A DNA stretch of 63,471 bases, the filler included, from Licmophora abbreviata (Eukaryota): NCBI GenBank assembly GCA_900291995.1. It is 16 parts of 16 records of this genome, joined end to end, with 100 filler letters (N's around TTAATTAATTAA, not from the genome) between each part and the next. Parts side by side here need not be neighbours in the genome. Positions count along the whole stretch, not along the records: positions 44,154 to 48,576 come from OLMU01003529.1; positions 48,677 to 50,291 come from OLMU01003530.1; positions 50,392 to 52,693 come from OLMU01003531.1; positions 52,794 to 56,087 come from OLMU01003532.1; positions 56,188 to 58,097 come from OLMU01003534.1; positions 58,198 to 61,424 come from OLMU01003536.1; 10 more parts are not named here. The stretch is one strand, 5' to 3'. Each line of letters starts with the position of its first letter. The first letter of the stretch is position 1. Below are positions 47,974 to 60,673 of the stretch, one piece after another. The notes under the pieces are model-generated. The model did no database searches. It was not told the origin of the DNA and saw nothing but the letters and a program-made list of their open reading frames with translations. A program made the translations under genes and the position numbers.

Positions 47974-48025
47974 CCAAAAATGTGAGGGCATGCGTTGGAT
48001 CCTTTGGACGGAGCCAAAATTTTGA
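47974..48025. promoter_or_regulatory. Putative cis-regulatory module upstream of paralog B
   Basis: CCAAAAATGTGAG (47974-47986), GCATGCGTTGG (47988-47998), GCCAAAATTTTGA (48013-48025). Confidence 0.6.
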
Positions 48026-48063
48026 CACGGGTCGTGGATGGTGACGTATTCATGCCGAGAAAG

Positions 48064-48321
48064 GAGAAAGCTGCTTTGAGTGCTCCTATCGAGTTGAAAG
48101 ATTAAGAATATAGAGTGTCGACTGTAGCTTAGTTGTATCGGGCATGCTTTGCAAGATTAAGAGCGTCGAATGCTACTGTGTCGGTTCGGGTCAAGCTACG
48201 AACTGGGGAGTCGAGCTAGAGTATCTCGAGTGCTACTTTGCATGTTTGTGTAGATTTGCGAGATGTAGAGACACGAGAAAGCTGCTTTGAGTGTTCGTAT
48301 CGACTTGAAAGATAAAGAGTA
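48064..48321. repeat. Imperfect ~47-bp direct repeat, two copies 211 bp apart
   Basis: GAGAAAGCTGCTTTGAGTGcTCcTATCGAgTTGAAAGATtAAGAaTA (48064-48110) vs GAGAAAGCTGCTTTGAGTGtTCgTATCGAcTTGAAAGATaAAGAgTA (48275-48321). Confidence 0.85.
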
Positions 48322-48676
48322 TCGGGTTAGTGTACAGTGAGAAGTGAGGGCGGTCGCATCCTGCGTTGTCCAGTTCCACCTGTGAATTGGCACCAGAATC
48401 AGTTTGAGCACTTGCCGATCCATCTCTCTAGTAAAGCAGAATTGACGCTCGTAGACCATGGTGATGGCGCAGCGCCGCTGGCCAATTAGATGCACGTACG
48501 TTCTAAACAAGCTTCACTTCGACGACTTAGTGAAAAACAAGTACGAGTAACTAAATGCCTTACTGCTACTAACTGGNNNNNNNNNNNNNNNNNNNNNNNN
48601 NNNNNNNNNNNNNNNNNNNNTTAATTAATTAANNNNNNNNNNNNNNNNNNNNNNNNNNNNNNNNNNNNNNNNNNNN

Positions 48677-50013
48677 ATTCTGCCACACGCAGTGTTTCGA
48701 CTGCAATCTCAATCGTCGCAATGCCCGCCGGCTCGGTTCCACTGGCACAGAAGGCCGCAACACGCTCCTTGACGGTAATGTAATCGGGATCCTGAGAAAA
48801 GAAGTAGGGCATGGCACCAGGATATTTTGCCTGCAAGACAGAGACATTGGCCTTGTCTTCTTCATCGGGCATGGAGTGACGAAAGACCTCCGAGTCACTC
48901 GCATCGGTCACCATGGCATAGGAGGTATCGCCACCACAGCGATCCGCCTGAACACTAACTTCCTTGCCAGTCTTGGTTTTGATGGTGAATTTGATCTTGT
49001 CAAAGTCGGTAAAGTCTTTTCCAGAACTCGGTCCCTTGAGGGTCTGACTGGAGGAAAAGTCCTTATCAGCCGAGGCTGTGTCAATGTTGTCGACCGAGAC
49101 ATCGTAAAAGGACACGAGGAGTGCCAATTCGTGAATGGCCATGTTTTTGAGCATGCCTTCGGCGTTGCGCTCAAAGCACTCGCCGAGGGATTCGGGCGTG
49201 TTCTCGTACGTATTGTTGGAGACAAAGGTTACGTGCGTTCCTGGGTTCGCAGCTGCATAGTCACGCGTCTTGGTCACGTACTTGCAGACGTTCTGTAGAA
49301 CAAAGAGAAAGACAGGAGTGAGACACTCTACAACGATCACACTCACATCCTCCCACACACGTACACATGCAAACTCCTACCTTATTGTAACCCATGAGAA
49401 CCTTGACACCCGCCTCATCCGCTTCTTGTTTCATCGCTTCCAATTCCGCCACACTGGGCGCTCCAGGCTTTTCCAAGTAAATCGTAGTACATCCCGCCGC
49501 GATGGCTTCACCCAGCAAACGCGGATTGTCCGCCGTCCTTCCACTGATCAAGGCAAGACGCTTGGTGCTACCAACAGGAGGCAATTCGCCAACGCTCTTG
49601 TAGAATTCCACGCCATGGGATTCTTCCGTTTTGGTCTTGAATTCAGCAAACTCGGGTCCACCGGGACCAGCAGCACCTGGAACGAGAGGACATGAAGAAA
49701 GACAGAGACGAGTCGAATGGAGTACAGGATGAGTGTATACACAGGATATAAAGACTACACAACAGCACATAACTCGCAGAAGGTAGCATAGCGCTGACGA
49801 AATCCACTCTTACACACACAGACACACTACGACTGAAATAATGATGCACTTACCAGCTCCCAAGAACCACGGTTCGACAATGTACGCCAACTTGGCCGAA
49901 GGACACTCATTTCCAAGCATCTGGACGGCATGATACCATCCCATCCCACGAAGGGGACATCCGCAGCCAATGAGGACGACCTCGGCTTGATTTTCCGCAA
50001 CAGAAGGGGCCAT
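48677..50013 (-). CDS. Gfo/Idh/MocA-family NAD(P)-dependent oxidoreductase; 3' end at the gap
   Basis: VVLIGCGCPLRGMGWYHA Rossmann start; IYLEKPG; VLMGYNK; NMAIHELAL. Introns 49677-49853 and 49293-49380. Confidence 0.85.
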
Positions 50014-50391
50014 GTTGAATCTTTGCAGCAACCAAATCTTTGTGATGACAGCAAAGAACACAAAGCGTCGCACAAAAGCAAACACCAAACTCCGGTACCA
50101 TGTAGTACGTGGTCCACGCACGACCCACAACCATTCCAAATGCCGGCATTCGAAATTCCAAATTCCGGAGGTGGTGCGAGCTATTCCGAGCAGACGTTGG
50201 AAGGAGTTCGTGGAACCACGAAACAAATTCAAAATGAATCATTCGATTCACGAATTGACTGTGTCTGGACTGGCTGCGCCTGAGTGAGTCANNNNNNNNN
50301 NNNNNNNNNNNNNNNNNNNNNNNNNNNNNNNNNNNTTAATTAATTAANNNNNNNNNNNNNNNNNNNNNNNNNNNNNNNNNNNNNNNNNNNN

Positions 50392-51817
50392 TGTTGCTGC
50401 ACCACTACCATCATCATCGACTCTGCGAACGTCATCCTCGCTGACTGCTGCTGCCGACACTGCATACGTGACGGTGCAAAACAATGAGGATGACTCTCCT
50501 GATGGGCTCTTCCTTTGGTCTCCTACCACCTCTTCTTCACGGTCCGCATGGAACTGTCGTGCCCTGGGCATCACTCTTGTGGTACTCATTGTCGCCTTGC
50601 TTGCCAACGTGATAGTTTTACTAGTAGTACCACCATCAAGTTCGTCGCCACAGCTCGACCCCCACGCAGAAACCTGCACTGAAACTACTACAGCCGCATC
50701 AACAACGATTCCCTGGAAACCTCTTCCACCGCCCGATTCAGTCATTACTCGCATTGCCTTTGGCAGTTGCGCTCGCGCCGAAATGCCTCAGCCCTACTGG
50801 GATACGCTCCAGCACTACTACCAACCCGACCTGACGTTGCTCTTGGGAGACAATGTCTACGGGGATTGTACTACGGATCAGTGCACGAAACTGCTACGTG
50901 CCTATCAATACTTTTCGGAATTGCCCTCCTTTCAGGGTGCCAAACGGTCCCTGTCCATGTTGGCGGTTCTGGACGATCATGACTATGGCATGGACGATTG
51001 CGACGGAGAAAACAATCCTTACAAAGACATAGCACTGGCCAAGTATTTGGACTTCTTCAATATAACGGACGATCGTAGACAGCGATTGGACGGTGTCTAT
51101 CAATCCTATCTCTTCGGACAAGACAACCAACAGAACCCCAACAATAGTACCACATTGCAAGTTATCTTGTTGGATACACGATTTCATCGATCGCCATTTT
51201 TGCCTTCGGACGAACCCAACACGCCTCGGAAGGAGCGGTACATGGAAGATACCGTGAACACAAGCAAACGCATGTTGAGTGATACTCAGTGGACATGGCT
51301 ACAAGATCAGTTGAAGGTCCCCGCCAAAGTACGACTCATTGTCAGTTCCATCCAAGTCTTGGCCGATGGTACGGGATTCGAATGTTGGCGCATGCTACCC
51401 CACGAACGAACCAGATTGATGCGTTTGCTGGAAAGTACCCTCGATGAGTCGGCAACATTCTTGCTGAGCGGGGATCGCCATGTCGGGGGAATCTACTTGT
51501 ATCCATCCAGCGAGGAAAAGAATCGAACATTGCTCGCAGAAGTGACGGCTTCGTCGTGGACGCATACCGCACCACTCGGTGCCTTTGATGATTGTTCGAC
51601 GGCAGCGGAATGTGATGAGGTAGACGACCGACGAGTGTCGGAATTTGTTCGTGTCAATAATTTTGGATCCGTTGATATTGACTGGGAGGCGCGTCGAGTG
51701 CATTTGGGAATACGAAGGGCGGAATCATCTCCATACAGCGCTTACAGCCACCATCACCGCAAGGGACCGACGGATGCGGGGGAGTTGTTGCAACAACAGA
51801 CATTCGAGATTCCGTGA
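50392..51817 (+). CDS. phoD: PhoD-family alkaline phosphatase/phosphodiesterase with N-terminal membrane anchor; 5' end in the gap
   Basis: TM LGITLVVLIVALLANVIVLLVV; RIAFGSC, LGDNVYGD, DDHDYG, LLDTRFHR, QWTWL, LLSGDRHVG, EVTASS, NFG. Confidence 0.92.
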
Positions 51818-51974
51818 ATGAATGTACTACGAAGGTAGAATCAAAGTGTTAGATTGTGTTCGTAGAAAGCTCCTTCTAGTGTGTTGTAGAACTGTTTGAT
51901 AGACCGAGCTACTAGACTACCGTGCGAAGATGCAAAGGAAAATCCTAGACTCAAGGCATGTACCGGGTCTTCCA

Positions 51975-52693
51975 CTACGCGCACTCAAACGCACTCCGCG
52001 GCACAGCCGCTGAGCCACCGACAATGGTCGACAATTCACTCTTGTTTACGTGCTGTCTTAGCTCAGTAGCACGGCTCACCACAATGACCTTTGATCGAGT
52101 CCTTCGGGATGAGATGTAGGACCGTATGGTTAGACTCCCACCCATACCCGTGAACATGTCGCCGGGAAGAATGAGGGCCTTGTGCAGACGTTCTGGGTAG
52201 TGGTCTTGTAGGGTCTCCACCAGGCGTCTAATAGCTTCGCTGTTGGTGTGAACGCTGTACGTTTCTGTAGGGTTGAGTCGAGGATTAGCGCCTTTGCGCA
52301 GAGGATTCCACGTCGAGGCGGTTGTCGTCTCGGTTGTGACAGATCGTGATGTGTCGCCCTCGTCGGCTGCCACGGTGGTGGTCGCTCGGGTGTCGTCTGC
52401 ATTAGTTGCCGTGTCTTCGTCGCCGTCCTTTTTCTTCTTGGGCTTTCTGTTCCTCTTTAATGGTTTACCCATGTTAATGATGACTGTGCACTTGACCGTT
52501 GGTTTCTCCCGACGAATGCATTTTTCCAGTCGATAGAGGAGAGCCGATATTAGTGCGTCCTCATCCTTCCGCCAAGGCCCGAGACACATGTTTTGAAAGT
52601 AAAAGACGGGACGGCCCATCACATCACAGCCTTGCTGGAAGAACTGACCGGACTGTAGCTCAACGCGGCATTCGTCTACGTGGATCGGAAACG
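51975..52693 (-). CDS. CRAL-TRIO (Sec14-like) lipid-binding domain; probably the 3' part of the gene upstream of the gap
   Basis: Frame is open from the gap: FPIHVDECRVELQSGQFFQQGCDVMGRPVFYF...LQDHYPERLHKALI...TRSKV...ELSTIVGGS. Confidence 0.8.
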
Positions 52694-52793
52694 NNNNNNN
52701 NNNNNNNNNNNNNNNNNNNNNNNNNNNNNNNNNNNNNTTAATTAATTAANNNNNNNNNNNNNNNNNNNNNNNNNNNNNNNNNNNNNNNNNNNN

Positions 52794-55448
52794 CTGATTG
52801 GAAGCCTCGATACGAGTGACTGCACTGTAATATGTCGGCAACGCGACCTCGACTGGATCCACATGCACAAGCCGTACCGACGCCAAGGCGCGCTCTGGAA
52901 GTTCGTCTAGCTTTTCGCCCTCCAGGACGAATGTGAAATCTACAATGCACGCAGGGAGCGCCCCTTCTTCCAAGCGTTCGTACAGAGCGCGTACTGCCAC
53001 GTTGCTCATTTGATTCACATCAATATGTGATGTGACGGAAACGTAGTTGCTTGGGAGAGACGGATCCGTCCGAAGGGAGCCACCAAAGTGTCGACTTTCA
53101 GTGTAGTTGCCCAGAGTCATGCCGGGAAAGGGAGTTCGATCTGCGCCACTTTCCGGTGGAATCTGTGTTTCGCCTCTGCGAGTCCAGCGAAACAGCATCG
53201 TCACCGCCTTGAGTGCTGCCCACGTGAGAGGAGATAGTTTTGATCCCGGCCCCAACTGCATGAATACTTCGAACTTTCTCTTGCGATCTTCGGCAGTGCC
53301 GCTGACGAACATGTCAATCTGAGGACAGCGGAAAGACACGAGAATGAAAGTGAGACCAGGGCTTATTCTATGCTCGATCGTACGCCCACAGCCGCAATTA
53401 CGTACAATCCTGTCGAAGCTGAGGTCGACGCCCCTTGGCAGTGAACGAACAAAGACGTGCACAAAACCGACTCGAATACCCTCCGGAAAGAAAGCACACA
53501 CAAAGAAATCTAAGTCGGGGTGTGCTTCGATCATTCTGCGTAGCGATGGAAGTGCCTCCACTGGGTCTTCCGAAGGCTTCAAGGGATGCGCCTCCCCCTT
53601 CGGCGGAAGCTTGAAGACGTGCGACCCCACCAGCGAGTACGCTTGATACGCACTAGCACCACTCGCACCGTGTGACTTTAAATGGCGTCGAGAGTGTACT
53701 GTACACTTCACATCGCGGGAAACAGTAGCTTCATAATACTCATTCGAGGCCTCTTTATCGCGGTCGACATTGTCCAAGTTCGCATCATAGGCAAGTCGTC
53801 TCGTCAAGTAGCCACTAGAAGATTCTTCCACCGGCAAATTCCAACCACGGTTCACGACGATTCGCGCCGCCACGAAGCTCTGTACCAAAACCGCGGCCTC
53901 CGCGACTAGCTTCCGTGCACGCAGCAGCTGTTCCATGCGCTGGGGATTCGACTCTTCGTAGGGGAAGGAGGTCGTGGGAATGAGCGGCACAAATAGACGG
54001 AAAAAATCCACGGGTCCAAGCAATTGTCTCTTGTCAGCGTATTCTGCCGTAATGTCGCTTACGTCTCCGCCGTTACTTGCGTCTTCGTCCTGATTGGACA
54101 TCATCAACAACAGCCGACCGGCCAACTGCTTTTCGAGAGCAGACCGAACACTTGCGAGACCTGAAAAGCATCGCATGGCGTCATCCCAAGCAACACTCCC
54201 TTTCTTGATCTGCTCGTCACTCTCAGAGTCATGCAACAAACACTCCTTGCCATCATGCGCCAGACTTCCCTTGTGCACAACCTCCAACGCATCGTACATA
54301 TGCCGAATCGCCGCTCCAAGAACTTGACACCCCAACAAGTCATACTGGAACTGCGCAGCATCCAAGGCTGTCGGAAATGTATGTTCCATCCACTCCTGTT
54401 TTTGATTCTTCACCCTACTATTGTACAACTCCAAGACCGCTCCCTCGACGGGTGTTTTGACATGCACCGACACATCATCCGTCAAGGTCGTTTGGACATG
54501 ACGATCATTTGTGTTGACCCCCTGCGTCGTGATTGTTCTCATTCGAACGTCCAGCACGACCTTTTTCTGCGATCGAGTTTTCGTATCCTTGGGCAACAGC
54601 TTCTTGGACGCTTCAGACCATGCGAGAGGCGGTGTGTGAGTCGAGTACACCAGTGTCGCGACCGATGGACCCATAACGACGGGAAAGAGGTCCTTCTTAG
54701 TGTTGCTGTTGTTGGCAGCAGATGATGACGATGAAACTAACAGACCATCGTCCGCCCGTGGAAACAACCCCGTTGTTGTATCCGAACTGATAGCTCGAGG
54801 TCGATTCATCATCATGATGCCGGATGTTGGTGAGATCATCAAGTTACCAGTAGAACTATTCGCACGCCGACGATTCCCCCCTGCGGATGGTAGTACTACC
54901 ATTCGTTTTCGTCGTCGTCTCCACAAGAGAAGAATCATCAAACACAAGAGAACTGACAAGAACACGATCCACAAGAAAATGTGTTCTTCTTGGCTTGTCG
55001 ATGCTGTCTCGTTCCATGATGATGATGATGAGATCCACGCAAAGCCTGTAGGAAACGCAATGATGCGGTCCACCAGAACAGTCCAGGCTCCCGCTGCAGT
55101 AGTATTACCAGATTCATCAGCATCGGCCTGTAGTACTACTCCTTCCTCGCCGCTCTGTTGAAAGTCATTTGGAAAGTCCGTAACTTCCTTTGCCTCACGG
55201 TTCGAAGTGTGATGGTCGCCATCGTCGTCGCTGCGGAACCATGATGTCGTGAAACCGGAAAGGAAATCAGGATATGAAAGAGACTTCCAAGACTCTGCTA
55301 CTGGACGATCAAAGAGTCCGTCATTTCTACTGCTACTACTAGGAGTACTCGATATTGTACTACCAGCAGTATCATATGTTTCTGTTGTTGTTCTTTCGGA
55401 GGAGCTGCCAATTGTCGTATCCTCCTGTTGCTGTTGAGGAGACATCAT
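52794..55448 (-). CDS. Large membrane-anchored protein with EDR2 C-terminal (DUF1336)-like domain; runs into the gap
   Basis: TM IFLWIVFLSVLLCLMILLLW followed by RRRRKR; C-terminal CIVDFTFVLEGEKLDELPERALASVRLVHVD; probable stop-free 87-nt intron 53319-53405. Confidence 0.7.
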
Positions 55449-55785
55449 GGTTTTTGAATCGTTCAAGAGTAAAAGACAATGTCGTTCGTACAGTGTGCAT
55501 GCCCCGGGGCGTGATGTGATATTATACCGTAGCGTCAAGAGAAGATGACAGTCTCCTTGGATCTTCCTTGTTGCGTTTTGGTGTTTGTCTCCATTTTGAA
55601 CCAGAATTCAAGAAATTCAATTCACCTCGATCGCGCGGATCGCGCACATCGCATTATCGGCAACGACCAAACTTCATCATAACTTCCATTATCTTCATCA
55701 TCTTCTACAATATCTATCTCTGGCGACATTCAACCGCGCAACAAGGGGCACGCTAAATTAAGAGAGCAACACGCTATGATACACG

Positions 55786-56702
55786 ATGTTGCTGCCAGGT
55801 AAGAGAGAGAGAGCCGCGATGCTCTCAGCATGCAGATACATAAGTTTCATCGCAGTACACATCATGGTCAACAACTCACCCTCTTTGACTCGTTGTCTCG
55901 TCGTGTCACCTTACATATACACAAATAACCATGCGACCCCCATCACTGCTACGACTAGTTCATGATCTCGTGAAAGGAATGAGAGTCGACTTGCGCGACG
56001 AATGCTTCATTTGGTCAGCCGCACGCATTCTAAGCGTCTGCCGATCTACTACTAAACCAAACAACAACGACAACAAGAAAAAGAACGNNNNNNNNNNNNN
56101 NNNNNNNNNNNNNNNNNNNNNNNNNNNNNNNTTAATTAATTAANNNNNNNNNNNNNNNNNNNNNNNNNNNNNNNNNNNNNNNNNNNNTTTCTCACCTCGT
56201 CCTTGAATGGTTGCTCTACTAGCAGGCCTTGCCCCCGACTCTGCCGCCTCCGATATACATGACAGAATCGCTTTTTCCCGGTGTCAAGCAGTGCATAACG
56301 TCCAATGAATTCTTGGCGTTTGTCAACATGGGAGGGAACGATGTGATTCTTGGTACCTTTCCGACTCAGACTCAGGCATACCAAGCGACACAACTAAGCC
56401 AAGGTCGATTGTCAGAGGACGATCTAATTCTCGATACGAAGCAGGCTAGACATGCGGACTTGAATGCTGTTGCTATGGAGACGGTGATCGACGCCTTTGA
56501 GCAGCAATACGAGCCGGCAATCGACTTTTCGCTGCACGACTGGACGCTCGATACGATTGCGGAGCGATGTCGCAACAACAACAACAAGTTGGCGCAAGAC
56601 CATTCAGTAGAGCCAACATCTTCCACGGAAACGAGACAGTCGAAACGAAAAGGAATTCCGCGAAAGGTGGATTTAGCAAAGCGTAGGTACATTACTCCTT
56701 AG
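55786..56702 (+). CDS. Small putative nuclear protein with N-terminal Tudor/Agenet-like and C-terminal AP2-like segments; spans the 56088-56187 gap
   Basis: Exon 1 MLLP, intron 55799-55958, VHDLVKGMRVDLRDECFIWSAARILSV; after the gap FPGVKQ...FLAFVNMGGNDVILGTFPTQTQAYQA and basic tail KRKGIPRK. Confidence 0.5.
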
Positions 56703-56756
56703 TAGTAATCAGTCATTGGTCACGTACGACGGAAGACAGCAAGAGCAGGACTTGGA

Positions 56757-57797
56757 CTACGCACGAGCTTTCTTTGTCTTGTTCGACGGCTTTGACGCAG
56801 TTGATCTCTTCTTCGCGTTGGGATTCGACGCTCGGTTGAAGACCAATATCGTATCGCTGGACTTGCCAGGCACGAACTGGTATCCTTCTTCATCAAACTC
56901 TTGAATCTCCCCCAGTGTTGTCACATTCCGCTCGGCTGCATACCGCACCATGAGTCCACGTGCTCGCTTGGCATGCACGGAAATGACACGACCGCCGTCC
57001 TGAAAGACAACCTTTACATAGCACGTGTGTAGTGGAAGCGCAGAGGTATCGATGGCTGCAGAGTACTCGTCACTTGCTAGATTGAGCAAAAGCGTGGTAT
57101 TTTGCTCCTTCGTAGATGTCTCTTCTGCATTCTTGTTCAATTCGTCCCTCAACATAGTTGTCACACTTGCCTTCCACCAATCGGCCAATTTTATCTTGGA
57201 CTCGTCCTTGCCGTCAAGCACACCTTTGGTAGCCATTTCCAATCGATATGGCTGAAGGGCATCCAGGGGACGAAGCAATCCGTACAGGGGATCGACAATG
57301 CGCAAATTCTCTTGCAGGTAGGATACCGATTTCGCATTCAAGGAAGTAGCCTGCAAGCCTTGGTAGGCAGCGCCGGAAAATGAAAAGAGACAAGGCTTGG
57401 TGCCCGTTGCGGGACTACTACAAGTGCCATCGATCTGAAAGTCGGTCCAATACTGTGAGGGTAACAATGACGAGGAAGAGAGCGCGATGAGTGAATGAGG
57501 TTTCAGGGCACCTTCGGCAAACGACGAAAGTATTGCACGAGACTAAGTATGATAAATACACGCAACCTATATACATTTTACCTGATGAGCCGTCTCGGCG
57601 AGCTTGGGGGATATACTTAGCAGCTTTTGCAGTTGTAGTTTGCTGCGCTTCTTCATTGACTCCGCCACACGACGCGTCTTGGATGCATCACACGACGGAG
57701 GCGTTGCTTGTAGTGTGACGAGTCTGCTGGTTGGGATGAGCGGGGAAAGATCCAGCGTCTTGGCGGGAGACAAAATCATCATGACTCCGTTCGCCAT
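56757..57797 (-). CDS. yaaA: YaaA/UPF0246 (DUF328) peroxide-stress DNA-binding protein
   Basis: MMILSPAKTLD, LLSISPKLA, FSGAAYQGL, LYGLLRPLDALQPYRLEMAT, LLNLASDEYS, SVHAKRARGLMVRY. Intron 57453-57581. Confidence 0.93.
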
Positions 57798-58353
57798 GAT
57801 GACGAAGGTAGTGAACTACTTAGTATACTACTACTTCTATATTTCTACCTGGACGATAGGAGCAAGCGGATGTATGGTGTGTTTCATGTAAAATATGTGG
57901 CATGCCGTGATGACATTGTGTTCAGTCAAGACACAGTCACACATGATCCACGGCATGATCGCGAGGAAACGTTGCCGTCGTATAGTACACACAGTCCGTC
58001 CGCCATGCCACGACGAAACTTGAGGCAGATCGTGCTCACCGCCCATCCATGCATCCATGCATTCATTCATTCGTCCTCATCACCACACAGCCGCAATNNN
58101 NNNNNNNNNNNNNNNNNNNNNNNNNNNNNNNNNNNNNNNNNTTAATTAATTAANNNNNNNNNNNNNNNNNNNNNNNNNNNNNNNNNNNNNNNNNNNNCCT
58201 TGAACGTGCTTCTCGCCTAGGAGGTCAGCTTGTGACTCCTCCGTATGATTCGACTGGGCATGACGACTCGAGTTTCTACTGATATAAGCACTTGTGCGCA
58301 TGCATCATACGAATTAATAGCTAGTAGTCGTGTATTTTCTTGCGGTAGCGTGC

Positions 58354-60124
58354 TTAAGATTTCGGTTGCTTCAACAAGTCCAAGCCGTCGGTGACTTTGG
58401 CAGAAACGATAACGTCGCCTTCCTTCATATCTTGCAGAAAGTCCGAGCCCTTTACAACGTATCCAAAGCTGAGACAACGTGCGCACGTACAAGGAGGTTA
58501 GACACAGAGTATTCGAGATGAGAACGCTACCAAAAAAGTCGGTACCGCCCTTCTTACCATGGATACCTCCCATCCAGCACGTTCTTCCCAGCAGGTGTAA
58601 GATCCGACTCGAATAGCAACCAAAAGAACTGACTGCTGCCCGAGTTGACATCATACTCTTCTCTCGCCCATCCCATGGCACCATAACTCGAGAACGGCAA
58701 CACCGTCGCCTCTCCACCTCGCCCTTCGTCTTCCACAGTCGTCTCATACAACGGACCCTTGTCTCCCTTGAGAAAGATTTCCGACGGAATCAGCCGTTCC
58801 CCATGCGGTCCAGCGCCGACCGACTTGGACGGCGTACCGACGTACCCGTCTGCCTCGCCTTGTGGATCTCCCGTCTGCACCACAAATCCATCACTGCGCT
58901 GAATGGGCATGTTGTCGTACACACCCTTCTTGACCAAGTCCACAAAGTTCCCACCCGTGACCGGCGCTGATGGTGTAAAATGGGAGAAAGACAAACACAC
59001 ATGTGTGAATCCACAATTCGTCACACACTAAAATTGATCACACTCACACACAACAAGTCCCAAACGACGCGCACATACCCGTATATCCATCAATGACCAT
59101 TGTCATTTTGGCCTCGTTGAAGAGCTTGCCATTGATATCAAAGGGCGCCTTGTCGGGCTTTTTCACAACAAACTCGACCGTCGCTCGTCCCTTGAGTTGC
59201 GGCAAGTCACTGTAGTCGTCCGGCACAATCGTTTCATAGTTGGCCGGCACCATTTGCTCTTGCAAATCCGTCAACTTTTGTTGCAAACGATCCTGCGCAT
59301 CATAAGCCTTATCCAGAGCCTCACGCTCCTGTTCACTCCCATTCAAGTACTTGGTCGACGCCTGCACGGCATCTTCGAGCGGTTCCAAATCCGCCGCCAT
59401 GCCCTGGAGTAGTTTCGTACAGACACTGGCCTCGCGACAGGATGCCGTGAGCTTGTCCGCCTTTGTACCAAGGTAGGTTCGAGACTTTTTGACACCGTCG
59501 AGTGCGGCAGCCTTGCGTTTCGAGGAAACGTCCAATTTAATATCCTCAATCACTCCTTGCAACTGACGAGCCTGTGTGTGTGTGAAATTCCAAAATTCAA
59601 AAAAAAAGCGTAAGATGTCTCGTGGCATACCTTTCCAAAAAAGCAAAACACACGAAGATTTACCTCCTTGTTGTTAATGGGAAGACCGTATCGCAACAGC
59701 GACTCTGCATCCTTATTGACGCGACTGCCACTCGCAGACGCCTTGTCCTTGGCATTGGCAACAAGCGAGGAGGAAAAGACAGTAGGATCGCCGTGTGTGA
59801 TAGCTGGAAGCGACGCCGGAGTCGCCCACAGTGCTCCTGCCAAAAAGGCTGTTGCCAAGGTCTTTTGCAGGACTTGTTGTTGTTTTGGAAGACTACTACT
59901 ACTACTACTACTACTAGTAGTAGTAGTAGTAGTAGAAGAGCTATAGTGAGGTCCTTGTCATGACTCACATCATGTCGCATGGAGTGCAGTGACGACGATC
60001 GGAGGACCGGCGCACGTGGAACAAAGGCAGACACGACAGAGCAGCTCATTGCAATCATCATGATGACTGACAGTAAGACCCAAAGGCTTGGAAACCTCGT
60101 TGTAGTCGTTGCAGTAAAAGACAT
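58354..60124 (-). CDS. CYP38: Thylakoid-lumen cyclophilin CYP38/TLP40-like PPIase
   Basis: Signal + VSAF; DAESLLRYGLPI, LPQLKGRATV, IDGYT|APVTGGNFVDLV, SDGFVVQTGDP, SGSSQFFW, LDGRYPC FGYV. Introns 59572-59663, 58967-59078, 58469-58557; apparent frameshift near 59943 in the transit peptide. Confidence 0.9.
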
Positions 60125-60673
60125 GATGGCGGATGATGGTGGTGGTTGTATGCAATGGCACGTTCAGCACAAGAAGCAATGTACGATCCTCTCTCCCGAA
60201 ACTACAATCTTCGTCCTTGCGTATATGGCGTTGCTATACTCTCTAGTAGGCGACTAGCAAATTGAAGATGCCGTTCAAAATAAACACTCCTGTTTGCTGC
60301 TGCTGTCTAAATTAGGATTGTATGCGTTGGTGTGTCGATGATGTGGTTCGTTTTTGGAAGGATGGTTTGTTGAGGAGTGCGGTTTGGATTTTGTTGACAT
60401 CCCATGGTACGAGTTGCGTCGTAGAAAAAAGAGATCACTGACGCATTCGAATCTATCGAGCGCGCGAAAGACTGTGCGTCGTACGTGTATGTAGCCAAGT
60501 ACGTAGAAAATCCTACCACAGTTCACAGGCCGCTCGAGGATGAGAACACGAGGACACAACAGCACAGCGCTCTTGATGAACACACACAGTCTCTCAAGTT
60601 AGAGAGTCTTCTTGTTGTCGCAGTTATCTAGAGTGTGTGACTCCATCACAGTAACTTATCGGACAAACAAAAC

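Noticed and set aside
59896..59935. 40-bp perfect palindrome (ACT)n(AGT)n
   Set aside because: Explained by adjacent Thr and Ser codon microsatellites in a transit peptide; similar ACT/AGT runs are common in this window
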